Shown: positions 47,431 to 56,658 of the stretch, one piece after another
Layout of the letters: every line of letters starts with the position of its first letter
Position numbering within the stretch: position 1 is the stretch's first letter
Virus record (IMG/VR): IMGVR_UViG_3300042511_000879
Location: 1 to 64,000 of that record
Strand: one strand, 5' to 3'
DNA length: 64,000 nt
Position numbers and translations under genes: made by a program
Notes under the pieces: generated by a model
Seen by the model: the letters and a program-made list of their open reading frames with translations, nothing else
What the model was told of the DNA's origin: nothing
Database searches by the model: none

Positions 47431-50400
47431 TTAAGATTCTTGAGCTATCATTGCATCGATAACATCAGATGAAATCCATCCTTTTGCTTTAACAAATTCT
47501 TTTGCAAGTTTTAAAACTTTCTTTTCTCCAGCAGATGTTACCTCATTTTCTTTACCGTTTTCATTATTATCATTCCAATCTTCAACGCAACCTTCTACTT
47601 CTTGCTGTAGTTGAAAATTACCTGGATTTTTACTTTTTGTAGAATCTTCATGATAATCTTCCCAGTAGTTTGCATCAAATGCTTCAGTAACAACTGATTC
47701 TCCAAGAGAACTTGTTAGCATTCCAACCGCAGCTCCATAATCTCCATCACATTTTTTAAGAATTCCATCAACTACTTCTCCAGCTTTAGCTTCATCAAAG
47801 TCTTCTCCGAATGCTTTTTTCAAAACAGCCATCGCATATTCTTTAAATTCGTCATCAGATTTAACTTCAGCTTCATTAACCGTAGATTCAAATACTAACG
47901 TAACATCCTTAACGTTAAGAGTTTTAACTAAATCTCCTAATTTATCATATAAATCATTTAATTCATCTTCAGTGTGGTGTTTATATCCTTTCTTTAAGTT
48001 TATATTTGCACTACCAAATTTAGCCATATAATCATCTTTTCCTTCAGTAACTACTGATTCTTTAGCAGATCCAGCGGCTTTAGCTCTTTTTAATTGGGCT
48101 TTTTTGATTCTGTCCGTTTCTTCTCTATGGTCTCTTAATTTCTTTAATTTCTTTAATTGCTCAGCTTTACGAGTTGCTTCAGCACTTGGACCAGAACGTT
48201 GATAACCACTTTCAGTTACTGTAGATTCAGCAACATTGTTTTCCCACCATGTTTTAAGTTCATTAAAATCAGATTTACCCATGTTAGAAATCATGTATTC
48301 GATAATATCATTGTCGTAATCTTCAGCCTCATCTCTGTAACCTCCTGGAGTATCGATATAATCTTTACCCATGATTCTTTTGATTCTTTGTTCTGGCATA
48401 CCATCGATTTCCTCACAGAATTCTTCAAAGTCTTTAGTTGATTTGAATTTTTCAGCTTCATTAACTACTGATTCATTTGCGTAAGCTCCTAATTCGCTGA
48501 ATTTAACTTTTTTACCTGCTTTTTCTTCATCATTTTCATCAGAATGCGCTAATAAACCTGCATCAAATAATCTTTTAAGAACTTCTCCTTTAACCAGACT
48601 ATAGTCGATAGCATTACTTGAATTTTCCCAAGTATCACCTACATATTCTGGATCGATCCAACCATAACCTGATTTAATATCTTTAATTAAGGTCTGTACA
48701 TCTTTGTCAAATTGCTTAGTACCTTCATTAACTACTGACTCGATCAATTCCATATTATATGCATTTGAAATGTCAGTTTTAATTTCTCCAGTTTCTTTTG
48801 AATGCAACTTCATAGTTTTACCATCAGGATTTAATTTAATGAATGTAACTTCACCGTAGTCTGATGTGTATTTGTGGTTTGGCTTTAAGTCTTTTGCTTT
48901 ACCTTCGTAAACAGTTCCAGCAACCTCATCATAATTGTTAAATTTCTTAGCAGATTTTTTAACAGTGTTTAATTGTTTAATGATAGAATCAATTACTCCA
49001 GGGTCAATATCATTTCCAGCATTTGCACTATTAAATAAGTTGGTTAAATTTTTAGATGCTAAGTATAATTCGTTACCAATAACATCTTTTGGTAATCGGT
49101 TGAATGCTTCAGAAACGGTAGATTCATTACATAATGAATAAAGTTCTTGCGCAATCTTTTTTGCTTTTGAACCAGAATGTCCGTAAGTTTCTACAGTATC
49201 TAATGCATCTTCCATCGACATACCATGTAGTTCTTCCATATCACCATCTCTTTCATCTAAAAGATCGTCTAGTATATTTGAAGCCTCATCAGCCTCTTTT
49301 GATTCAGAAACTACCAATTCTAGGTCTTTATCTTTATCAGCAATTGTTGCATCAAGTTCAGCTTCTAGGGCTTTCTTTTGAGCAGTCATTTCTTTTAATT
49401 TTCCAAGTAATGATTCTTTAGCAGAACCTTCAGCAACTTTCCAATTTTGTGCGGTAGCTTGCATTGAAGTTGTTAACTTAGACCAGTCATATTGAATTTT
49501 AGCAATTGAACGAGCTTCATCAATAGATTCTACTGATTCATTTTTCTTTTGAGATGCTTTTAAATCTTCAAGTTCTTTTTTCAATTTAGGGTCTAATTGT
49601 CTTTCAATTCCCCAGTTAAAACTTGCATTTATTAACATATTCAATGGTAAGTTTTCATTTTTCTTACCGAATACGGATGTTTTAATCCAGTTTAAATAAT
49701 GTTCAGCTAAATCTTTTGATAATTTAATACCTTCTGCTCTTGAAGAATCTCCATCAACAATAGATTGAAGTATCTTTTTAGCCATTCCGTGTGAACCTTC
49801 ATTAACTACAGATTCTTGTATAAAACTAATATCTTTAAGATATAATTCATAGTCAGAACCATCTTGTGTATATCCAGTAAAAGAATCTCCTTTGTCATCT
49901 TTTAATTCTTTAGGGTCAACTGAATACCAGTCATTTCCAACAAAAACTTCTACAGGTTTTCCACTAGTTTGAGTATATAAGTCATGTGCAGTTTTACCTG
50001 TGAATTTGGTTCTTTTAGCCTCTTCGACTTTGTAAGTTTCACCATCAACTTCGAATTCATCTTCGTCATCTTCTTTTGCTTTTTTAACAGCAGCTCCGAA
50101 CGCATTACCTTCGTTTTTTTCGCTTTCGCTAAGACCAGTGTCTTTCTTAATGGTTACTTTATATTTTTTACCATTAAATTCAAACTCAGATTTTCCATCT
50201 TGTTTAGCTTTACTGGCTGCAAAAATAAATGCATTTCCCTCTTCTAGTTTTTTAGGTTCTCCTAATTTATTAAGCTCATCTTCAATATCTTCTGCCTCAT
50301 CTTCTGAAACTGTTCCAAACATTTTGTTAATTAGGGCTTGTTTTTTCTCTTCATCTAACTCAGATAGAGAAGTTAAACCCATTTCATCAAGGATTGCTCC

Positions 50401-50520
50401 AATTTTACCAACAGTTTCCTGTCTTTTTGCATTGTTTGTTTCTCTTAGTTTCATTGTATTTTCCTGATTCTTAACTTCAGTAAAACTCTTAAATGAAGAG
50501 ATTTTGTTAACTTGTGCCAT
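47431..50520 (-). CDS. Modular internal-head polyprotein (1029 aa)
   Basis: KISSFKSFTE leader; about 9 ES[V/T]V[N/T/S]E linkers separating 60-100-aa modules; late promoter. Confidence 0.65.
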   Translation of the reverse strand: MAQVNKISSFKSFTEVKNQENTMKLRETNNAKRQETVGKIGAILDEMGLTSLSELDEEKKQALINKMFGTVSEDEAEDIEDELNKLGEPKKLEEGNAFIFAASKAKQDGKSEFEFNGKKYKVTIKKDTGLSESEKNEGNAFGAAVKKAKEDDEDEFEVDGETYKVEEAKRTKFTGKTAHDLYTQTSGKPVEVFVGNDWYSVDPKELKDDKGDSFTGYTQDGSDYELYLKDISFIQESVVNEGSHGMAKKILQSIVDGDSSRAEGIKLSKDLAEHYLNWIKTSVFGKKNENLPLNMLINASFNWGIERQLDPKLKKELEDLKASQKKNESVESIDEARSIAKIQYDWSKLTTSMQATAQNWKVAEGSAKESLLGKLKEMTAQKKALEAELDATIADKDKDLELVVSESKEADEASNILDDLLDERDGDMEELHGMSMEDALDTVETYGHSGSKAKKIAQELYSLCNESTVSEAFNRLPKDVIGNELYLASKNLTNLFNSANAGNDIDPGVIDSIIKQLNTVKKSAKKFNNYDEVAGTVYEGKAKDLKPNHKYTSDYGEVTFIKLNPDGKTMKLHSKETGEIKTDISNAYNMELIESVVNEGTKQFDKDVQTLIKDIKSGYGWIDPEYVGDTWENSSNAIDYSLVKGEVLKRLFDAGLLAHSDENDEEKAGKKVKFSELGAYANESVVNEAEKFKSTKDFEEFCEEIDGMPEQRIKRIMGKDYIDTPGGYRDEAEDYDNDIIEYMISNMGKSDFNELKTWWENNVAESTVTESGYQRSGPSAEATRKAEQLKKLKKLRDHREETDRIKKAQLKRAKAAGSAKESVVTEGKDDYMAKFGSANINLKKGYKHHTEDELNDLYDKLGDLVKTLNVKDVTLVFESTVNEAEVKSDDEFKEYAMAVLKKAFGEDFDEAKAGEVVDGILKKCDGDYGAAVGMLTSSLGESVVTEAFDANYWEDYHEDSTKSKNPGNFQLQQEVEGCVEDWNDNNENGKENEVTSAGEKKVLKLAKEFVKAKGWISSDVIDAMIAQES

Positions 50521-50552
50521 ATTTGATATGTTTTTTTATTACGTTATTATGT

Positions 50553-52061
50553 TTATATATCTCCATCAAAATCCACTTTCTTTACAGTGTATTCAAATTT
50601 CTCTTGTTTATATATAGATTGTCGCACCTTTCCGTGCTTGTATAGATAATTATCCCATTCAACTGTTCTAATATCATCGACGAAATCAACAATTAATACT
50701 TTGTCTTTTGAGTGATGTTGTCGAAGTCCACGTCCAATTGATTGTCTAATAATTACCTCTGATTTGAATGATTCGGTAAAAAATATGTTGTGAATTTTCT
50801 TAATTGAAATACCTGTAGAAAATGTTCCAAAACTTGCAACAATTACAATTTCATCACCAGCCTCCATTTTCTTTTTGTATTCCTCTCTAATTTCTGAAGC
50901 AGTTCCACCATCAACATAAAATACTCGTTTGTTACTCTCTTGTCGCAGCTTTTCATAAAGTCGCTGTCCATGTTCTATTCGATGAAAAAGTACTAATGAG
51001 TTTCTAGGTACTCTTGCAATTACATTTGAAATAAAATTAAGTCTGGCTTCGCTTGTGATTACAAAGTTTTGCTCCAATGAGAACACATCTTTATTTTCAT
51101 ATCGGTTTTGGGCCAATTCCATAAAGGCAGTTCGCTGTTTTGGAGTTGCATAGTTCATTTCAATAACTTTAACTACGCATTGAGCAATATGCCCCTGCTC
51201 TTGTAAGAAACTTGCCTTAACTTCACTAATAACAGGTCCAGTTTGGCTCATTAGGGTTAATTTGTCAAGTGTACCATCTTTAGGTATTGTACCTGAAAGT
51301 CCAAATCTATATTTTGCATTAACACATTTACTCAGGATTTCTTTGATACTGGCTCCTTTTGCTTTGTGAGTTTCATCAACAATAACTGCGTCGAATTCTG
51401 CAAAATAGGCAGCATCTTTTTTAATTAGTGATTGATAGGTCCCAATAATTATATTTTTATTCTTTTTAACCTCTTGTCCTGCAAATATTTGTTGGATTCG
51501 TAGATCAATTCTATTTTTACAATTATATTCATGGAAATCTTCATGGGCTTGGACTACTAATGAAACGTTTGGAACAATGAAAAGAATCTTTTGAGCATGT
51601 CCCTTTTCAAGCATATATGCAACGGTCATGAAGCTAATCAATGTCTTACCTGCTGAAGTTGCAAGTTCTGCTAGACACTTTCTAAATTTTAAAATGTTAT
51701 ATGCAGTTTCTATTTGATAATCACGTGGAGTAAATTGTGAACCTTTAAAGAATTCTAGTGCCCATTCCTCAAACTGTTCTGCATTAATGTTGGAGTCAAT
51801 AAGTCTCTTAATACCCTCGATTTTAAGTTCGTATCGGTATTCTTTACATATTGTCATAACATGACGCCAAAGTCCGGCTGGAATCCATTTATCATCTTTA
51901 ATATATGATACGTATCCATCCCAAACTCCGCGTTTTACTAGAGGGTGAAACCTCCAACTTTCTATTCTTTTGGTCAGAGAGATTCGAATCTGCTCTAACT
52001 CAATTTCGGTAGCTTCATCAATTCTTAAAAATTGATTATCATCCGTTAATGTTAAAATCAA
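50553..52061 (-). CDS. uvsW: SF2 DNA helicase UvsW
   Basis: PRDYQ, ATSAGKT, VDETH, GLSGT, STGISI, QSIGRGLR. Confidence 0.92.
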   Translation of the reverse strand: MILTLTDDNQFLRIDEATEIELEQIRISLTKRIESWRFHPLVKRGVWDGYVSYIKDDKWIPAGLWRHVMTICKEYRYELKIEGIKRLIDSNINAEQFEEWALEFFKGSQFTPRDYQIETAYNILKFRKCLAELATSAGKTLISFMTVAYMLEKGHAQKILFIVPNVSLVVQAHEDFHEYNCKNRIDLRIQQIFAGQEVKKNKNIIIGTYQSLIKKDAAYFAEFDAVIVDETHKAKGASIKEILSKCVNAKYRFGLSGTIPKDGTLDKLTLMSQTGPVISEVKASFLQEQGHIAQCVVKVIEMNYATPKQRTAFMELAQNRYENKDVFSLEQNFVITSEARLNFISNVIARVPRNSLVLFHRIEHGQRLYEKLRQESNKRVFYVDGGTASEIREEYKKKMEAGDEIVIVASFGTFSTGISIKKIHNIFFTESFKSEVIIRQSIGRGLRQHHSKDKVLIVDFVDDIRTVEWDNYLYKHGKVRQSIYKQEKFEYTVKKVDFDGDI

Positions 52062-52077
52062 ATCTCATTTGATATTT

Positions 52078-52506
52078 TTATAAACGACTAATGTCCAACC
52101 TATTTTTGATTGCAAAGCCCATGTTGTCGAGTGTTTTAATTGATCCCTCAAAAAAACCTTTTTGAGTCACTAATAACTCAAGGATGTTTGTATCGTCTGC
52201 GATGTCCGCATCAACGAATTTTTCGCGCATTTTATCGGTGAGCTTATAGTCATAACTATAATACTCAATCCATTTATCTTTATACTTTTTATCTACTACT
52301 GATTTTTGGGTTTTGATTCTATTACCCATGGTTGCTAAGTGCTCAACCAATATTTGTCGATAACTTAAAGTGTACGCGCTTACGTCTTCTAGATTATTAC
52401 CTAACTTAAGTTCCTCAGTTAGACCCTTTATTTTTTGGGTCCAATCTTCTCGCTGTTTAATTAAGTATTCGTCAAGTTGTGTTATCTTGTCTTTGACTTC
52501 TGACAT
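52078..52506 (-). CDS. uvsY: Recombination mediator UvsY-like
   Basis: Helical ~140 aa next to uvsW; FVDAD and IKTLDNMGFAIKN pattern. Confidence 0.65.
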   Translation of the reverse strand: MSEVKDKITQLDEYLIKQREDWTQKIKGLTEELKLGNNLEDVSAYTLSYRQILVEHLATMGNRIKTQKSVVDKKYKDKWIEYYSYDYKLTDKMREKFVDADIADDTNILELLVTQKGFFEGSIKTLDNMGFAIKNRLDISRL

Positions 52507-52518
52507 ATATGATGCTTT

Positions 52519-52737
52519 TTAAAAAAGTGAATTTCCTTTATTGTTTTCCTTAATGAAAACTGAACTTTTTAACCGGGCCTTTAATCTTGGCTTAGTCATT
52601 TTAAATTCTTTTTCAGTGTGTGAATATGCTGATGCGCTAAAATCTAGCATCATCTTAATATTCTTTCTTTTGTTTTTTTCGTTTTCAAAATCTTCGAATT
52701 CTTGGGCAACCATTTCTAAAAAATCTATTTTTATCAT
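52519..52737 (-). CDS. Hypothetical protein
   Basis: 72-aa ORF translationally coupled to the primase gene. Confidence 0.55.
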   Translation of the reverse strand: MIKIDFLEMVAQEFEDFENEKNKRKNIKMMLDFSASAYSHTEKEFKMTKPRLKARLKSSVFIKENNKGNSLF

Positions 52738-53858
52738 AGGTAATATGCATCTAGTCGAGAGTTAGTAAAATACTTTTGAATCTGTGCAAGGCATTTATTT
52801 TTTGTTAGCCAAGACGCGATCACCAAATCGTTTAAATCACCTATTTGTTTAGGATATTTATCTCTTTCATCTTTGTTCAATTTTAGCAAGTACTCTTCCC
52901 ATTCCTGGTCAATTTTAGTATCTTTGAAAAACTTTTCCCATGTAAATATTTGTTTGCCTCTTCTAATCTTTTCCATCATCTTCTTTTTACCAGTAGTATC
53001 ATTATCAAACATATATCTAATTGTAGGTATTTCATCAAATTCTAAGGTTGAACGGCCTGCTGTTGCTAATCCAATCGAATTCTGCATAAACATTGCATCA
53101 ATAGGTCCTTCAAACATCGTAACATCACGTTCAAAGTCAACCATCATTACTCCAAATAAGGTTGAAAGTTTCTTAACACCAATCAATTCTTCATCAGTCA
53201 GCACAATCTCCCGTTGAATCTCTTGATACATCTTCTCAATGTCATAAGTTAAATAACGAGAATTAGAACGCTTGTCGATTGAACGAGTTTGAAATCCGAT
53301 AACTTTATCATTTGGAGCTAAATTGAGAACTGCAATTCTTTTATCTCTAGGCGAATACATAAAACGATGCATTTGAGAAGACAATAATCTGTTTTTAAGA
53401 TAGAAAAATGCAGGGTCTCCTGGTTCTACTTCTTTAAATTTAAACCATTCCATTAACTCTTTTCGAGTTGGAGCCATATCATATGTGAGTTTAAAAACAT
53501 CATGCTCTAGGACTTCAATCTCATTAGTTTCCATCTTATGTTCTTGAATATAATCAATAACTTGAATGGAATCATCAGTACTTTGAAATTTTATATGATG
53601 GTCTTTTAATAATTGGTATGCGTTTGAATGGACACTGCAGTTAAAACAATGGTATTGTAAAGTGTCCCAGTAGAGATTTCCTCTCTTCTTTTTATGGTCA
53701 GTTGTTGAGTCACCACAATAAGGACATGCCATCGTAATTCTACCCGGCATCTCTTTAATCATATGCTTGCTAGGCTCATTGTGGGCTTTTACAATTGCTT
53801 GTTTAACCAAGCTCCTGATTTTTATCTTTAAATCTTCTGTGATTTTTTGACTTTGCAT
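52734..53858 (-). CDS. DNA primase (T4 gp61)
   Basis: CPYCGDS..KKRG..YHCFNC zinc finger, TOPRIM FEGPIDAMF, FDND, DLND. Confidence 0.92.
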   Translation of the reverse strand: MQSQKITEDLKIKIRSLVKQAIVKAHNEPSKHMIKEMPGRITMACPYCGDSTTDHKKKRGNLYWDTLQYHCFNCSVHSNAYQLLKDHHIKFQSTDDSIQVIDYIQEHKMETNEIEVLEHDVFKLTYDMAPTRKELMEWFKFKEVEPGDPAFFYLKNRLLSSQMHRFMYSPRDKRIAVLNLAPNDKVIGFQTRSIDKRSNSRYLTYDIEKMYQEIQREIVLTDEELIGVKKLSTLFGVMMVDFERDVTMFEGPIDAMFMQNSIGLATAGRSTLEFDEIPTIRYMFDNDTTGKKKMMEKIRRGKQIFTWEKFFKDTKIDQEWEEYLLKLNKDERDKYPKQIGDLNDLVIASWLTKNKCLAQIQKYFTNSRLDAYYL

Positions 53859-53870
53859 ACTATTATATAG

Positions 53871-53900
53871 AAAAAAAGGGCTAAGTTTAATTAGCCCTTT
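53871..53900 (-). terminator. Intrinsic terminator after the SSB gene
   Basis: AAAGGGCTAA/TTAGCCCTTT stem. Confidence 0.75.
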
Positions 53901-53921
53901 AGTTTATAAAATAACTTTAGA

Positions 53922-54848
53922 TTAAATATCTAAGTCGTTCAAGAATGAATCTAAGTCATCAGATGAATCTACATTAGTAGAACCTCCTGGAGTTCCTACC
54001 ATTTCCGATGGGAATTCAAAATCAGTAGATTCTGAAGTTGGTTCAGATTTTGCTGGAGCTTTTTTAGCTGCAGGTTTATTAACAACTGAATCTATTGAAC
54101 TTCCTGGATTTAAGTAATTTCTAAGAATAGAATTAACAAAATCAAGAGTTTCTCCGTCCCATGCTTTGTATTCGTAAGGCTCTAAACTTGGAGCTGCTTC
54201 CAATTCTGCTTTAATAGCACCCATTGATTCAGGAGTACGTGTTGCACCTTTACCATCAATTTCAACTGGTGAAGTTTTTGAAGAGAACTTTGATTTATCG
54301 TAGTTGTTAAATTCTCCTTGTCTTGTAATAATCAATTCGAAGTTTTTACCTGCAAATAGGTCAAATACTTGAGTTGGTTCTCCAAATGCTGGTTTTAATT
54401 CCTCATCGATTTTCTCTTTGATTTTGTAACCAAATTTAAAAACCTTGTATTGTCCTTCTAATTCAGGGTTTTGTGGGTCTTTAATGATTTTAATAAGTGC
54501 AAAGTATTGTTCACGTCTTTTAAGTTTATCACTCATTTTACGGTCAACTGCTGAGTCACTTTTACGTAACTTAAAGAATACGTCAGCGATAGGACATGGA
54601 GCTCCAACTGTCGATGGAGAATCTACCATTTTACCGTCACCATTAGCATTTGTTAGCCAATGTACGTATTTTTTCACTAAAGAGTTTCTAGGGTTTGTTG
54701 GGTTTGGAACAAAGCGAATCATTGCTTTATAAGTTCCATCTTTACCATCGTCTGCTGTAGGTTTGTAAAGATCGCTTCCAGATGAAGCTTGAGTTTCGTG
54801 TGTGTCGACGTCATTTACGCCAAGATTAAAAATGTCAAATTCTGCCAT
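53922..54848 (-). CDS. Single-stranded DNA-binding protein (T4 gp32)
   Basis: AMIRFVP, CPI, IIKDP.NPELEG, FKFG.KI, NYDKSKF, acidic tail DDLDSFLNDLDI. Confidence 0.9.
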   Translation of the reverse strand: MAEFDIFNLGVNDVDTHETQASSGSDLYKPTADDGKDGTYKAMIRFVPNPTNPRNSLVKKYVHWLTNANGDGKMVDSPSTVGAPCPIADVFFKLRKSDSAVDRKMSDKLKRREQYFALIKIIKDPQNPELEGQYKVFKFGYKIKEKIDEELKPAFGEPTQVFDLFAGKNFELIITRQGEFNNYDKSKFSSKTSPVEIDGKGATRTPESMGAIKAELEAAPSLEPYEYKAWDGETLDFVNSILRNYLNPGSSIDSVVNKPAAKKAPAKSEPTSESTDFEFPSEMVGTPGGSTNVDSSDDLDSFLNDLDI

Positions 54849-55074
54849 GTCTTTAATTGCTTTAATTTTGTTAAACTTTAATTTAATAAGTCTTAAGGGC
54901 CCTTTAATTACTTATGATATTTATATAGAAACTTTCTTTTTTGTTTCAAGAATCTATATTAATTATATATCTTTTTATTAGGAAACATGTCCCTGAAAGC
55001 ATAAAGTTACCTTCTTAAAATATTTTTTAAGATTCTTGAAACAAAAACTCATACGTTGAATATAACTAAAGTCT

Positions 55075-55731
55075 TTAAGCCTCCGGGTAAAATAAACTCC
55101 GAGCTAAGTGGTTTAAAAAATAGGCATCCACCAAATCATCTAAAGGTTTTGGAACTTTTTTAGTCTCTCCGATGTGGGTTTTACAGTATTTAAGCAGTGA
55201 CGAGGTTTCAAGCACTGAATCGTTTAAAACGTTATCCAGGAATTTAACCCAAAGTTCATCCTTCTTCATGTTACCCTTTCCAGCATGCTTCTTAATGGTT
55301 GAAGGCGCGATGGTCATCATATCTAAGACTTTAAGCCTTGACATTAATTCCATCTTTAAGATTGCAGCTCCAGCCGCCATATCAATAATATTATTAGTTC
55401 CGCTAGAAGAACCATAAGAGGAGCCTTCGAAAGCAATCACAAAAGAGGAATCATCGCCTGCAATTTCAATAATCATATTAATAATGTCATTTGCAGTTTG
55501 AGTGTGTCTCTGGATTTTAATCATTTCGCTTTTCGAATAGGCTTCGTTATTCGTCCAATCCGGCTGATGAGAGATCTGGGTATCTTCAAGTAGATGTAAT
55601 TCCTCTTGGAGTTTTTGTTCTGATTTGGTACCTGTGTTTGGTTTTAAATACCCAATAAAATAGTACTTGTTACCTGAGAAGATACAAATACCTGGAGAAT
55701 TTAAGGAAAAGTCAATCGTTACAAAATTCAT
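55075..55731 (-). CDS. RuvC-like Holliday junction resolvase
   Basis: IDFSLNSPG, FEGSSYG, PSTIKKHAGKGN, DDLVDAY. Confidence 0.8.
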   Translation of the reverse strand: MNFVTIDFSLNSPGICIFSGNKYYFIGYLKPNTGTKSEQKLQEELHLLEDTQISHQPDWTNNEAYSKSEMIKIQRHTQTANDIINMIIEIAGDDSSFVIAFEGSSYGSSSGTNNIIDMAAGAAILKMELMSRLKVLDMMTIAPSTIKKHAGKGNMKKDELWVKFLDNVLNDSVLETSSLLKYCKTHIGETKKVPKPLDDLVDAYFLNHLARSLFYPEA

Positions 55732-55733
55732 AT

Positions 55734-56102
55734 TTAGATTTTACTACCAAGAGAAGAACCAAGAGCGGCTCCTACTAGCCTTGAGGTTAACATGTCATAC
55801 ATAATACCACTTTGGATTCCTAAGATATTAGCAATCGTTTTCCCAATAGTTTTACCAAGTGCAAAACCTGCAAGTCCACCAAAGATACTACCTAAAATAC
55901 CTTCATTAGTAATCTCTTCGTTAAAAGCCTGGATGTTATATGTTCCATCCACGTTTTTATAAGTATTTGAAAATTGCTCTAGGGCAGCATCAACTTTTGC
56001 TTCAAGTTCTTCAGTCCATTCGGTTTGAAGAGACTCATTTAATACTTGAAGTTCAGTCTCTGTTATATTTTGTTCTGCTATGTAATCTAAAAATGTTTTC
56101 AT
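55734..56102 (-). CDS. Hypothetical protein with T4-type CTS and glycine-zipper C-terminus
   Basis: MKTFLDYIAE; ITNE followed by GILGSIFGGLAGFALG...GAALGSSLG. Confidence 0.65.
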   Translation of the reverse strand: MKTFLDYIAEQNITETELQVLNESLQTEWTEELEAKVDAALEQFSNTYKNVDGTYNIQAFNEEITNEGILGSIFGGLAGFALGKTIGKTIANILGIQSGIMYDMLTSRLVGAALGSSLGSKI

Positions 56103-56103
56103 G

Positions 56104-56658
56104 TTAGTTATCTATTTCTAATATTATATTGAATTTGTTATAGTAAAAATTAAGGTCAAATGTTGTAAATTCCGCGATGTTCGAACTCATATTTAACTCC
56201 AAATCTGAAATTGAATTAAGTATTGGTTTTTCAAAAACAGCGCTCATTAAGTGAATTCCTTCCGCATCCATTATTTGAAGTTTAATATCATTAATAAAAG
56301 GCTCTTTAACTGTCTTTGAATAATAATATAGTAAAGTATCTTGCATAATCCAATAATTTATATAACCATCTAGGAGCTGCATCGTTACTTTAAACTGTCT
56401 ATCGATAGTATTTTGTATTGGAATTGAACCTCTGTGATATGTTACAGTACCATCATTTGGTGAAACTTCAACAGGGTCAAAACTAATTCCTGGAAGCCCA
56501 ACGCCTTGGATCGAATAGTTTATAAAATCTATAGGTTCTGTAACTAAATTACCTGGCATTCTATTCAAATACTTTCGATACTTGTCAGCTACCTCTTTAG
56601 GAATAAAAGTCCTAGGAAACTTAAAATTGAATAAATTATTTCTGCTATTTAATATCAT
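56104..56658 (-). CDS. Tail-tube-fold protein (gp3/gp19/gp54-like)
   Basis: QGVGLPGISF, F.VTM....INYW, FTTFDLNFYY pattern. Confidence 0.5.
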   Translation of the reverse strand: MILNSRNNLFNFKFPRTFIPKEVADKYRKYLNRMPGNLVTEPIDFINYSIQGVGLPGISFDPVEVSPNDGTVTYHRGSIPIQNTIDRQFKVTMQLLDGYINYWIMQDTLLYYYSKTVKEPFINDIKLQIMDAEGIHLMSAVFEKPILNSISDLELNMSSNIAEFTTFDLNFYYNKFNIILEIDN

